DNA of 64,000 bases, taken from the IMG/VR virus record IMGVR_UViG_3300010355_001062, positions 11,321 through 75,320 of that record; one strand, written 5' to 3'. The notes beneath the pieces are model-generated. The model worked only from the letters and a program-made list of their open reading frames with translations, searched no databases and was not told the DNA's origin. The position numbers and the translations under genes were made by a program. Below, one piece after another: positions 49,308 to 58,190 of this stretch. This DNA is from a virus. Lineage: Duplodnaviria; Caudoviricetes. Position 1 is the first letter of the stretch. Every line of letters begins with the position of its first letter.

Positions 49308-49621
49308 CGTTTAATTTTATCGAGTGACCAAGTTGTACCGATTTCACTCAATATACGCTGACGTAAGCTCTCTGTGATACCATGACCATCGAAGTAATGG
49401 AAATCGCTAACTACGAAGGCGAATGATTTCACGAATACTTCGTTATGTACTACCAACGTACCTATGTCGGATGTGGTAGTGATATACATTGAGCCCTCGT
49501 AGCGGGCCGGCCATTCATCCAAAGTTACTTGTATAATGTGTACTGTGATGATGCCCACCTTAATAGTATAGAGTGGTATACGTCGTTCGATCATAGCATT
49601 TTTATTAAAAGGTAAATCCAT
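49304..49621 (-). CDS. hypothetical protein
   Basis: Coupled ORF. Confidence 0.6.
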   Translation of the reverse strand: MDLPFNKNAMIERRIPLYTIKVGIITVHIIQVTLDEWPARYEGSMYITTTSDIGTLVVHNEVFVKSFAFVVSDFHYFDGHGITESLRQRILSEIGTTWSLDKIKR

Positions 49622-49655
49622 TGCTTACGACCTTTGGTGGTTTTTACTCGGTATT

Positions 49656-50009
49656 TCATTGTAATAAATTTAGCACTTTGTTAACGAATGGTGTTTCAAC
49701 TGGTTGCCCGAGCATGGTCAATTTAGCAGGTCCTTCGCTCACTGTTAATGTGAAATAATGTACTCCATTAGTATAACTCCATTCATGGTTGTGGTGCTTC
49801 ACCCATTTGCGTAATAATAGGCTCATGAGCCTGCGATAGCGATCGGTATAGACTTCGGGCAAAGTCAGCTCAAACCATATCATACGACTGGGCTTCGAGG
49901 CTTCGCCTACTAATGGGTGCTCAAAAGAATAGATGAAGCGGAAGCGTTCTGATGGAATATGATTAACTGCTTTTTCCATAAAAGCATCGAAAGCTGAAAT
50001 ATTACTCAT
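49656..50009 (-). CDS. hypothetical protein
   Basis: Coupled ORF. Confidence 0.6.
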   Translation of the reverse strand: MSNISAFDAFMEKAVNHIPSERFRFIYSFEHPLVGEASKPSRMIWFELTLPEVYTDRYRRLMSLLLRKWVKHHNHEWSYTNGVHYFTLTVSEGPAKLTMLGQPVETPFVNKVLNLLQ

Positions 50010-50433
50010 TGTCCCAAATGATTATTGTGTCAGGTAATGTTTTGTCAGGGTTGTCGTGCTGGTGCTCTGCGTCGACTTCCATTTCCATCAGTTTCACGTT
50101 GATTAGCTCATAGTCGCATGAAGGATACGGTTTGTAGGCATAGACATCGGTGTAGCCTGCTTTTTGCAAGTCCTGTAGCTGAGCAATCAGGTTATCGATA
50201 CCTGTACTTTTAGGTAGTTGAACTTCTCCAAGATGTGCGCGTAGCGCTTCGATGTCTTTTTGCAGTTTTCGTACCAAAGAGCCAATTGCTTCTTCATGGC
50301 TATTGAGATTGAAGATGTCTAGCTCGTAGTTAACACGGAATTTGAAAATTTTGAGCATTTCGCCCTGATTCGGAATTTCCGTATAAGCTCCAGCTAAGCC
50401 GTCGTTGAAGTCAAGGTTTTGTGGTTTGAACAT
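50002..50433 (-). CDS. hypothetical protein
   Basis: C-terminal motif shared with 48573-48782. Confidence 0.65.
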   Translation of the reverse strand: MFKPQNLDFNDGLAGAYTEIPNQGEMLKIFKFRVNYELDIFNLNSHEEAIGSLVRKLQKDIEALRAHLGEVQLPKSTGIDNLIAQLQDLQKAGYTDVYAYKPYPSCDYELINVKLMEMEVDAEHQHDNPDKTLPDTIIIWDNE

Positions 50434-50435
50434 GG

Positions 50436-50651
50436 TCAGTGATTTAATAAGTAATTCAATCCTGCGGTAGTTAATAAGGAACCAGTCCCGTCAACGAATC
50501 CTAAAACTTTTAGCAGCTTAAGTCGTCTAGGCCCTGGCCCGTATAATAAAGTCACTTGTTGTTTTAATGACTTTATAACCAGTTCTTCCAATGGCATTGG
50601 TGTAGCGCAGGCTTTATAGGCTTCCTCAATCTCAGGTGTAATGTGTAGCAT
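50436..50651 (-). CDS. hypothetical protein
   Basis: GFVDGT...LT..GL motif shared with 55121-55498. Confidence 0.55.
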   Translation of the reverse strand: MLHITPEIEEAYKACATPMPLEELVIKSLKQQVTLLYGPGPRRLKLLKVLGFVDGTGSLLTTAGLNYLLNH

Positions 50652-50764
50652 GATAGTAAATTTATTGATGAAGCCACTCCGCTATAGAAGCCCGTGTATG
50701 CAAATAAGATGGCCGCTATAGGAGGGCTAAAAATTGTGCGTGTGCATGAATCACCAGCAGGGAC

Positions 50765-50843
50765 AAAAAAGGGCGAGAGTCCCTAAGCACTCCCGTCCAA
50801 TTAATCAAGACTTTTGGGTCGAAGAAAGTCCAACCCAAAAGTC
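50765..50843 (-). terminator. tandem hairpins, the second with a U6 tract
   Basis: GACTTTTGGGT/ACCCAAAAGTC at 50809-50843; GGACGGGAGT..ACTCTCGCCC-TTTTTT at 50765-50798. Confidence 0.65.
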
Positions 50844-50850
50844 CTATTTA

Positions 50851-51384
50851 TTAGTTCTGGTGTACATGGCCACCTGGGCTCATTGCCTTAGCATCTTCTT
50901 GAGCCTTGAAGAACTCCGTCCGGGCCTGGTTGAATTGTTCGACCTGCTCTTCGGTAGCCTGAGCCAGGAACAAATTCAGGTTCTTCCAGTAGGGCTTCTT
51001 GTTGAAAGCCTCATACCGAATCCAGAACCCATTGGTCTGGATTTTGAAGCCCAGGACTTTCCCGACTCCCATCGTGTTCACGTTATTCGGGTTGAGCTCG
51101 AAGGAAATCATGTCGCCCCTTTTCATCGAGCCGAATTTGTTCTCATACGTGATCACCTCATCGTTGGCTGGATTCGTCCATTGTAGGGGGAAATTTACAG
51201 TCGAAAGGTCATGGAAGAGCTCAGACTTGAATGGTGGGTGGTTGTAGGAGCGTCTGATTGGAGCCTTGGGAGTAGCCTCGGTCATTTCTTTGACGATGGC
51301 GTCTACCATTGGGTTTTCTTGAGCGATCTCAAGGTTGGTTGAAGTTTCAACGATTGCTTCTGCGTTTTTGATTGACTTTTTCAT
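50851..51384 (-). CDS. probable abundant early protein with SH3/KOW-like beta domain
   Basis: Two tandem promoters upstream, terminator downstream, GC-richer codons. Confidence 0.7.
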   Translation of the reverse strand: MKKSIKNAEAIVETSTNLEIAQENPMVDAIVKEMTEATPKAPIRRSYNHPPFKSELFHDLSTVNFPLQWTNPANDEVITYENKFGSMKRGDMISFELNPNNVNTMGVGKVLGFKIQTNGFWIRYEAFNKKPYWKNLNLFLAQATEEQVEQFNQARTEFFKAQEDAKAMSPGGHVHQN

Positions 51385-51415
51385 CTTGATTGTTTTTGAT
51401 GATGATTTGATAAAT

Positions 51416-51447
51416 CAAAGATAAGGAGGATTTTTGAAGATTCCAAA
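51416..51447 (-). promoter_or_regulatory. Bacteroidota sigma-A type promoter
   Basis: TTTG-N20-TATCTTTG; another TATCTTTG at 51525-51532. Confidence 0.8.
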
Positions 51448-51771
51448 TTTTATCGGAAATTTTTTTTATTTTTTTTCCGGTTGATTTGGAGGGGATCGTT
51501 TTCCCTTTCCTTCCTTCGATGATTCAAAGATAGAAATAATGATTTAGATTTCCTAATAAAATCGGATAAATTTTTTATCTTTTTTCAATTTATTTTCTAA
51601 TCGATTGGTTTTCAATGAAATAAAATAAAAATTAATTTTTCCGAACATCCTTAGAAAAGATCAATCCTTTTCCCCTATCTTTATCCTATTATATAGAAGG
51701 GATAAATAGTCTCGTGGTCGATCTTATTTCCCCTGTGGTCGAGACTTATTTTCCCTTTCCAAGATCGGGAA

Positions 51772-51826
51772 AAACATAAAACAATTTGTTTAAATAGTTA
51801 GATGTTTAAACATAAAACAATTTGTT
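51772..51826. repeat. 19-bp direct repeat with palindromic core
   Basis: AAACATAAAACAATTTGTT at 51772-51790 and 51808-51826. Confidence 0.8.
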
Positions 51827-51991
51827 GAATTTGGTACTTTCAAACATTTCTGAAAGTTCAGTCATCTCAAACTTTTCAGAACATAGCTTTTCAACAAGTC
51901 CAGCCCTACTCACCAGCCTATCTCACTCAGTTCATCCGTAGTTATAGTAGAAGTATAGTAGTAGCCAGCCTTTCTGCCACCTTCAATGGAC

Positions 51992-52023
51992 AAAACCCTA
52001 TAGCCTTATCGACCATAGGGTTT
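51992..52023 (-). terminator. intrinsic terminator
   Basis: AAACCCTAT...ATAGGGTTT stem followed by T-run on minus strand. Confidence 0.65.
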
Positions 52024-52051
52024 CGCTACAGGTTTCGCTGGTAGTTCTTTG

Positions 52052-52396
52052 CTACAGGCTTAAGCTCATTCGAAGGTCATCAGTGAGTGAAGCTAGTAGC
52101 TCTCCGAACAATACCGTATCTGCCCATTCAGCATAAAGCTCTGGGTCTTCGTTAGCGCAGTACATTCTGGACATGAATTCCAATGTCCCGTGCCCCTTGA
52201 GCTCTAGCTCATCGTCCTGGCAAGCTTCTAAGCCCTGGATTATGAGACTACTGAGCTTGAGCACAGTGGAATTCATACCTAATGTTACTCCTTTGAGCGC
52301 GAAACCCTTACCACCTAGCTTATTGAATTCAGCTAGTAGTATGTCATCAGTAAGTTGGTCGACTTCTAGCTCGATCGTTATGATTTTAGTTGCCAT
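52052..52396 (-). CDS. hypothetical protein
   Basis: 114 aa ORF. Confidence 0.65.
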   Translation of the reverse strand: MATKIITIELEVDQLTDDILLAEFNKLGGKGFALKGVTLGMNSTVLKLSSLIIQGLEACQDDELELKGHGTLEFMSRMYCANEDPELYAEWADTVLFGELLASLTDDLRMSLSL

Positions 52397-52408
52397 GATG
52401 TTTTGTTG

Positions 52409-52570
52409 TTAGTCTGGTTCTTTAGCCAGTTCTTTGATTTCTTTTGAAATTTCAGCGTCATCCTCACACTCCTGTCTACAAGTAGGACAACATTTGCAGG
52501 TCCTGCCGTTGAGAGGGCAGGTCTTAGCCTTGCCCTCTTCATTCTCTTCACAGTTTACACATAAAGCCAT
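52409..52570 (-). CDS. 8-Cys small protein (not in ORF track)
   Basis: MALCVNCEENEEGKAKTCPLNGRTCKCCPTCRQECEDDAEISKEIKELAKEPD; ATG overlaps upstream TAA. Confidence 0.7.
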   Translation of the reverse strand: MALCVNCEENEEGKAKTCPLNGRTCKCCPTCRQECEDDAEISKEIKELAKEPD

Positions 52571-52998
52571 TAGCCTAATCGTTTAGTCGTGATCTGGTAT
52601 AGGGTATTACCCAAGTCCTTGACGCTAGTTACTGTGTACTCATATATACCCCAATCCAATGTATCCCCTACTTTGGGCTCCCTAGCATAACGAAGCCGAT
52701 AAGCTGGGCAATCATCGGGATAAGCGAACACTAAGTTGTGAGCTACATTGGGGTAGATGACTCTCATATGATATTGCTCATCTAGCTCAATTGCTTCAAA
52801 TATCACTACCGAATAAGCTTTATCGGAAGGTCGCTCTAAGTACACATCAACGTAATCAGTCTCGGTTCTAGTCTGATCGTCGCTTTCTTGTAGCCAAAGT
52901 AGCTGGCCTATCGTCGGGAGCTTATCGATAGTCATCCATTGCTCGATTTCGATGTCATCGGAGTCCCCGAAGCTGATGCAAAATAACACTTTTTTCAT
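52570..52998 (-). CDS. hypothetical early protein
   Basis: Own promoter. Confidence 0.7.
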   Translation of the reverse strand: MKKVLFCISFGDSDDIEIEQWMTIDKLPTIGQLLWLQESDDQTRTETDYVDVYLERPSDKAYSVVIFEAIELDEQYHMRVIYPNVAHNLVFAYPDDCPAYRLRYAREPKVGDTLDWGIYEYTVTSVKDLGNTLYQITTKRLG

Positions 52999-53020
52999 TT
53001 CTTTTTGATTTGATGATTCT

Positions 53021-53051
53021 CAAAGATAAGAATAATTTCCGAATATATCAA
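53021..53051 (-). promoter_or_regulatory. Bacteroidota sigma-A type promoter
   Basis: TTG-N20-TATCTTTG. Confidence 0.8.
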
Positions 53052-53075
53052 GAAAAATAGAAAATATTCTGAAAT

Positions 53076-53103
53076 AAAAATGGGCTACCCAGTTGGATAG
53101 CCC
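53076..53103 (-). terminator. intrinsic terminator
   Basis: GGGCTA...TAGCCC stem with A5 on plus strand (U tract on minus). Confidence 0.65.
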
Positions 53104-53118
53104 GACAATCATCATCAA

Positions 53119-53529
53119 TTAATCAAAAAGTTGAAATATAGCTTCGTCTAGCGCCTCATAAGCCGTAGGTTCATCGTCTTCAGTAGCTCCGTCTAGCCAT
53201 GAACGCGCAGCTGTGTGTTGTTCTACAATCTCCAGAGCCATTTTGGCTAGGTCTACAGTTACTAAATGGGCTTTAATCGCTTCCTTTATCTGGTTGATCA
53301 AGTAAAGCTCCCTAGTTTCCATCTGCTTATCGGTACTCAATCGTTGTAACTCATACTCACGGCTATTGTCTATAGCCTTCAGTAGTAGCTGATTAAAATT
53401 GGGTATAGCTGCCCGAGCATCGTCAAAGAGTGCCTTAGCTTTCGCTACTAGCTCGTCGATTTGTTCTTGCTTTAGGCGGGATGTGTCTACGTTGATATTC
53501 ATGCTCTTAAGTGTTGGCAATTTGGGCAA
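53119..53529 (-). CDS. hypothetical helical protein
   Basis: ORF; start may be the ATG overlapping 53499. Confidence 0.65.
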   Translation of the reverse strand: MPKLPTLKSMNINVDTSRLKQEQIDELVAKAKALFDDARAAIPNFNQLLLKAIDNSREYELQRLSTDKQMETRELYLINQIKEAIKAHLVTVDLAKMALEIVEQHTAARSWLDGATEDDEPTAYEALDEAIFQLFD

Positions 53530-53888
53530 TCATTGGTTCCAGCATCGAATTCAAATCCACAGGATTCGCACGGCTCTAGGTAGTCACTATTCCAGCCATC
53601 GCGCGGGTCTTCATTCATAGCTACATGTCGTGCTTCATCCTCCATCATTTCACGATAGACAAGGGCTTCTTCATCATTAGCAGTAGCCTGGTCGAACATA
53701 GCCTCGTTATGAGCTTTCGCTAGTAGCTGTTCATCGTCATCTTCCAGCTCGAATTCGTAACCATTTACATCCACGTTATATGGATGATGCTGTAGCACTT
53801 GGCTGATAGCGCTCCGTAGTAACTCTTGGAGCATATAGGGCGAGTCCTCTAGGAATTCAGCTGCATCGATTTCAAGTACGAATCTCAT
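53499..53888 (-). CDS. acidic protein with C-terminal zinc ribbon
   Basis: CESCG...CPNC. Confidence 0.65.
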   Translation of the reverse strand: MRFVLEIDAAEFLEDSPYMLQELLRSAISQVLQHHPYNVDVNGYEFELEDDDEQLLAKAHNEAMFDQATANDEEALVYREMMEDEARHVAMNEDPRDGWNSDYLEPCESCGFEFDAGTNDCPNCQHLRA

Positions 53889-54286
53889 TGTAGTAGCTTT
53901 AGGTTATCCTCTGAAAATATAGCCTGACTGTAAGCCTGTAGTAGCTCCATAGAGCCCATCGCTGGAGGCCCTTCCGCTTTATCAAGCCATTCTTTAATGT
54001 CGAATTCCTGATCGTAGGCTGCGTAGGCTTTATCATCCATACAAAATGTGGTATCCAGTAGCTTCTCCAGCTTATCGGCACGATCTTCGTCGTAGTTCTC
54101 GAAAATCTCCTGAATGTCGCTTATGATACCTGGAGCCATTACTTTGAGTAAGGCTACCTTAACTTGGTTGGGAATATTCTCGACATCGAATTTGTGTACG
54201 AGTTCTTCCATAAGTTGATCAAAATTCTTCATTTCTTTCTGATTTGATGATGAATCAAAGATAAAAAGAATTTCCGAATATTCCAA
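53885..54286 (-). CDS. hypothetical acidic early protein
   Basis: True start probably MKNFDQ just after the 54256 promoter. Confidence 0.65.
   Translation of the reverse strand: MEYSEILFIFDSSSNQKEMKNFDQLMEELVHKFDVENIPNQVKVALLKVMAPGIISDIQEIFENYDEDRADKLEKLLDTTFCMDDKAYAAYDQEFDIKEWLDKAEGPPAMGSMELLQAYSQAIFSEDNLKLLQ
54256..54286 (-). promoter_or_regulatory. Bacteroidota sigma-A type promoter
   Basis: TTG-N20-TATCTTTG. Confidence 0.8.
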
Positions 54287-54313
54287 GATTAGTTGAAATA
54301 TTCGGAAATTCTT

Positions 54314-54607
54314 TTAGAGTAGCCAGTATCGATCAGTCTTATCAGCAGTCCCAGCCTTTAGCTCTTGGATATAAGTGGGTAAGCCGATGATGCAGTCTCC
54401 AAGTACGAATTCATAGGAGTCGATTAAAGCTTGTAGGAAGTCGATGTCGTACATCCAAGCTTCCCATCCTTCGAGTTCCTGATCCTCATAGAAGTGTTCA
54501 AGAGTAGTAGCGATCTTTGAAGTTTCCTGAAATTCAATCCTATTATGATATAGGAGAAAGATCAGTGTAGCTACCTGTGATGTCTTAGTTAAGCTGTTGA
54601 AATCCAT
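54314..54607 (-). CDS. hypothetical early protein
   Basis: Own promoter. Confidence 0.7.
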   Translation of the reverse strand: MDFNSLTKTSQVATLIFLLYHNRIEFQETSKIATTLEHFYEDQELEGWEAWMYDIDFLQALIDSYEFVLGDCIIGLPTYIQELKAGTADKTDRYWLL

Positions 54608-54633
54608 TTTCTTTGATTTTTGATGATGATTTC

Positions 54634-54666
54634 CAAAGATAATGAGAAATTCTGAATATTCCTATA
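54634..54666 (-). promoter_or_regulatory. Bacteroidota-type promoter
   Basis: -7 TATCTTTG at 54634-54641 with variant -33. Confidence 0.7.
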
Positions 54667-54725
54667 ATAAGGAGAAATAAAAATAGAGCCCAACCCACGA
54701 AGCCAGGCCCTTCCTAATTGTAACC

Positions 54726-55124
54726 TTATATTTTATACCAAAGCCTTTTGGCATATTCCTCTGTAATGATAGTTTCGTTGGTTATATAGAGCTGTTTATG
54801 GTTGATATGCTTAAGTACAGCATCTATTCCCTTGTAGCAATAATCGCTATCTAATGTACTAATTACCCAATCTCCAGCAATAAAACGAAGTTGACAAGAA
54901 TTAGCTTCGGTCTTCTCGACTCCTTTATCTAGTAGCTCGCGGAACTCTTTATTCTTGTGGTAAAAATTGGGATTATCCTCAAGCTCTACATCCACAGCAA
55001 TGTCCATAGTCAAGGCTTGTATGTGTGGTTGCTCCAGCATCGACCAGATCGCATCAGTAACTTGGCTACTGACTTCGCCTTGGTTAGCACCTAGTTGCTC
55101 TTCGAGCGTAATTATAATCTTCAT
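54726..55124 (-). CDS. hypothetical protein
   Basis: Coupled ORF. Confidence 0.65.
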   Translation of the reverse strand: MKIIITLEEQLGANQGEVSSQVTDAIWSMLEQPHIQALTMDIAVDVELEDNPNFYHKNKEFRELLDKGVEKTEANSCQLRFIAGDWVISTLDSDYCYKGIDAVLKHINHKQLYITNETIITEEYAKRLWYKI

Positions 55125-55498
55125 GCTGTCAGTTTTTCAACGCTCCAAGCAAGCCCGGCAGCTTTACGAGTAGCCCATTGACTAGCCGCTACTTCGCTTA
55201 TGAAAGTCTTCGCGAGTGTTTGAAATCGAGTGGTCATGCCACCTATAGTGACATAGTTATCGCCTACTTTGAGTACATAGTATTCCATTGGAATTGGTTG
55301 AGGTGTGAATAAATCAAGGCCTTTAGCAGTTAGCTTAAGCCCATTCATGGTGCCATCTACAAAGCCCTCGGCCATGGCTTGTTCCATCAGACGATGCTCG
55401 TCTTCATCACATGAAACGAAGCTATCGACATCGATATATAGCTTTGTAGGTGAAAAATAGCGTGCTAAGAACTCTTTCATGACAAAGCATTTCGCCAT
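55121..55498 (-). CDS. hypothetical protein
   Basis: Coupled ORF. Confidence 0.6.
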   Translation of the reverse strand: MAKCFVMKEFLARYFSPTKLYIDVDSFVSCDEDEHRLMEQAMAEGFVDGTMNGLKLTAKGLDLFTPQPIPMEYYVLKVGDNYVTIGGMTTRFQTLAKTFISEVAASQWATRKAAGLAWSVEKLTA

Positions 55499-55794
55499 CG
55501 ACCCTCAAGACAAGCTTCGATGTCAGTTATATGATTAAGCGGATACTCAGAACCATAGCTATGCGGTATTTCAGCATCAAGTACAGCTATCAGCGTATCG
55601 CCCCTCATGCCTACGTCTATGCGCCTTCCACTGATAGCTTGTATTGCTATCAAGCAATCTGAGTCCCAGCATCGCGCAGGTACGAACTCCATAGGCTCGT
55701 GTGGGATGTAAAGCCCGTTAGCTAGAGTGAATAAATTTACTCTAAAGCCCTCGGCTATGAGCAAGGATTTGAGTGCAAGTAAGGTGCTGGTCAT
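55477..55794 (-). CDS. hypothetical protein
   Basis: Coupled ORF. Confidence 0.6.
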   Translation of the reverse strand: MTSTLLALKSLLIAEGFRVNLFTLANGLYIPHEPMEFVPARCWDSDCLIAIQAISGRRIDVGMRGDTLIAVLDAEIPHSYGSEYPLNHITDIEACLEGRWRNALS

Positions 55795-55858
55795 ATTTTC
55801 TCTTTATCCCATCGGGGAGAAATCCTCATTTTCGACGAAATGACTGGACTTTTTCCGA

Positions 55859-56269
55859 TTATTTTTTGAAAAACTTGGTCATCACGGACTTCCCGGTCGT
55901 TTTAGACATCCAAACTTCCTCAGTAGTCTCTAAACAACGAACCAGAACTCCCTCGTCAGTCACCACGGAGCCGGTTTCGGGGTCTACTGAGTCCATTGTT
56001 TCCTCGAAAGCTTCGAATGTGTAGCCCATTTGCTTAGCATGAGCCATGAAAAAGATGTCGTTGATCAGAAATCGCTGGATAGTGAAGCTGGTAGCTACCG
56101 TAGCAAAGTGCTTAATAGACTCTTCGCGCATTTGTAAAGCCCTTTTCAGAATTTCCAGTTTGAGTTTCTCGGCTACTGGATCAAATGTTAGAGCTTTAGA
56201 AAGCTGGGAATTCCAAGCATTAAGCTTGTTGCTGGTTTCTTCGATTAACTCTTGCTTGTGATGGCTCAT
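55859..56269 (-). CDS. hypothetical early protein
   Basis: Own promoter. Confidence 0.7.
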   Translation of the reverse strand: MSHHKQELIEETSNKLNAWNSQLSKALTFDPVAEKLKLEILKRALQMREESIKHFATVATSFTIQRFLINDIFFMAHAKQMGYTFEAFEETMDSVDPETGSVVTDEGVLVRCLETTEEVWMSKTTGKSVMTKFFKK

Positions 56270-56292
56270 TTTCCTTTGATTTTGATGATCTC

Positions 56293-56323
56293 CAAAGATA
56301 AAAATAATTTCCGAATAATCAAA
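56293..56323 (-). promoter_or_regulatory. Bacteroidota sigma-A type promoter
   Basis: TTTG-N19-TATCTTTG. Confidence 0.8.
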
Positions 56324-56434
56324 GAAAAGATGAATAAAAATTTCCTTTCCATATCTTCTATCATGCCCAGGGTAGAAGTTTAAGCCTGGTCGAACCTAGA
56401 TAGAGCCTGATTGAAAATAAATTCCTTTCAATCC

Positions 56435-56465
56435 TTGGATTATTCAGATAATTATTATAATTTTC
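56435..56465 (+). promoter_or_regulatory. promoter for the XRE gene
   Basis: TTG-N20-TAATTTTC. Confidence 0.5.
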
Positions 56466-56478
56466 GGAAAATCGAATT

Positions 56479-56685
56479 ATGGGAAATTTAAGGAATAAAT
56501 TGCAATTAACCTTAGCTCAAGTAGCAGCTCTCTGTGGAATGAAAATTTCAGCCCTACAAGCTCGTGAGAAAGGTTTCGAAGAGGGTAGCTTGAGCATTAA
56601 GAACGCCGAAGCAGTCATTGAGGCTTTGGGCTACCGAATGGAAATCTGGGCAGTGAAAGACGGAGAGCGGGAGCGGATTCGTTAA
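56479..56685 (+). CDS. XRE/Cro-family HTH regulator
   Basis: LRNKLQLTLAQVAALCGMKISALQAREKG...LSIKNAEAVIEALG. Confidence 0.8.
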   Translation: MGNLRNKLQLTLAQVAALCGMKISALQAREKGFEEGSLSIKNAEAVIEALGYRMEIWAVKDGERERIR

Positions 56686-56687
56686 AC

Positions 56688-56720
56688 AAAGGCCTGTAGC
56701 TTTAAGGGCTATGGGCTTTT
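56688..56720. terminator. terminator between convergent genes
   Basis: AAAGGCCTGTAGC / GCTATGGGCTTTT stem with G-U pairs. Confidence 0.55.
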
Positions 56721-56832
56721 GCTATGCTTTATAGGGAGTTTATATTTTTCTGCTCAGCAATCAGCACTCCCAGTTTCTCCGAGTTTTCTAGCCCTCCTAC
56801 CTCTTCTACCCTCCCAGCCACTTCGCTACTTT

Positions 56833-57228
56833 CTACCCAGTGTGAGTACCTTTATCCAATTGCTTGACAATACCTCCTATGCTTATATCATGTTCACTAA
56901 AGTCATGTAAAGGCTCTTCTAGTCGGGTAATAGTAACAAACTCTCGGTCTTTCAAGTATAGCTCAAAAGCCTTTAGATAAATACCCCAGAATTGGAAAGG
57001 ATGGCTTATGGCGAACTTCTTGTAGCCTTCTGGTATCTTGGCTTCTACACAATACATATTAACCTCGTATTTCGAGGCTTTAAGCACACCGAATTGTACA
57101 CGCTCTGGGTATTCTTCGCCGATGTCGGCACGTTGTAGCGCTAGTGGTAGTCCGTAGCCTCTAGGGCCATTGGATAGCATGGCTACCCAGCCTTCGTTAT
57201 GGATTATTAGTATAGAATGTGTCAGCAT
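56833..57228 (-). CDS. hypothetical protein
   Basis: Coupled ORF. Confidence 0.6.
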   Translation of the reverse strand: MLTHSILIIHNEGWVAMLSNGPRGYGLPLALQRADIGEEYPERVQFGVLKASKYEVNMYCVEAKIPEGYKKFAISHPFQFWGIYLKAFELYLKDREFVTITRLEEPLHDFSEHDISIGGIVKQLDKGTHTG

Positions 57229-57685
57229 TGCTTATGATTAATGGAATTCCGTAATGTTTGTGTAGTTCAAGGATTGTAGCATATTCCCCTGTGTATTCTC
57301 CCCAACCTTCGGGTACGATACCTTCGTGGATGTAAAACATCCTAGTATATAGCATTATTTTGCTACTTGTGATTATCGTCGCTATGAGCTTGTTTGGATG
57401 ATACTGCGCAGGTATATTTACGCTTAGGGCTTGTGCAAGACTGCACTGTATAGTAAATGGGATATGCGCAGAGTCCGGGTTGGTTAAGTGAGGGTATTGG
57501 GGATTGATTCCATATAATTTCCCATCGAAACGAATAAGGAGCTGGATTTGAGTAACTACTTTGGGGAAATCTCTGAATGAGCCTTTATAGTTACCATAGC
57601 TGGAATAGCTTGGGAATGGTAGCTCATGGTCATTGATATGTTCGTCGATATTTTCCATAGTGTGTAGCTTAACGATAGTATTCAT
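57197..57685 (-). CDS. hypothetical protein
   Basis: Coupled ORF. Confidence 0.6.
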   Translation of the reverse strand: MNTIVKLHTMENIDEHINDHELPFPSYSSYGNYKGSFRDFPKVVTQIQLLIRFDGKLYGINPQYPHLTNPDSAHIPFTIQCSLAQALSVNIPAQYHPNKLIATIITSSKIMLYTRMFYIHEGIVPEGWGEYTGEYATILELHKHYGIPLIISNADTFYTNNP

Positions 57686-58190
57686 TGAAATGTATCAAGA
57701 AATCTTCTTTAGCCTCTTCCGGTGTCAGTATTAAGCCTCTGATGTCTCTAGTAAGTAGCTTATGTTCATAGTCTGGGTTACGTAGTACTAGAGCTTCGTA
57801 TTCATGAACTAGTACTAAAGCATCGATCATCTTTACATGGTTTTCGACAGTGAAGCCGAATTTAGCTTCTATAGCCTCCTGCAAGCGAGCCTCTATTGCT
57901 TGATAATCGGGTAGTCTCTTCTTTATGGGACTAGGTATATCTAACAAATAAGCTTCACTCGCATCGTGTAGAAGTGCAGCTAACTGGTGTCCTTCTTGAG
58001 CCTGCCTGCAGCAAACTATTGAATGTTGAGCTACTGAATAAAAGTGTCTCAAATGACCCCCAAATCGGCATTGGTGGCTTAGCGCATGCGCGATGTCTTC
58101 GATGTCGATTAGTTCGGGGTCTGGTTCGAATACATTTATGTATTTGCCAGTGAAAGTACGAATGCAATCTTGGGTGTATAGATTCTCCAT
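57669..58190 (-). CDS. HD-domain phosphohydrolase (YfbR-like 5'-deoxynucleotidase)
   Basis: IAHALSHQCRFGGH...YSVAQHS...LLHDASEAY..DIPSPIK. Confidence 0.88.
   Translation of the reverse strand: MENLYTQDCIRTFTGKYINVFEPDPELIDIEDIAHALSHQCRFGGHLRHFYSVAQHSIVCCRQAQEGHQLAALLHDASEAYLLDIPSPIKKRLPDYQAIEARLQEAIEAKFGFTVENHVKMIDALVLVHEYEALVLRNPDYEHKLLTRDIRGLILTPEEAKEDFLIHFNEYYR

Noticed and set aside
50655-50760. Structured ncRNA
   Set aside because: Only a loose imperfect pairing next to two terminator-like hairpins; not enough support
51385-52050. CRISPR array
   Set aside because: Only two copies of each repeat, with no regular repeat-spacer series or cas genes; none seen elsewhere either
56761-56835. 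Run of in-frame TAG codons after 56833 as read-through
   Set aside because: Purine-rich low-complexity spacer; extension has no protein-like features
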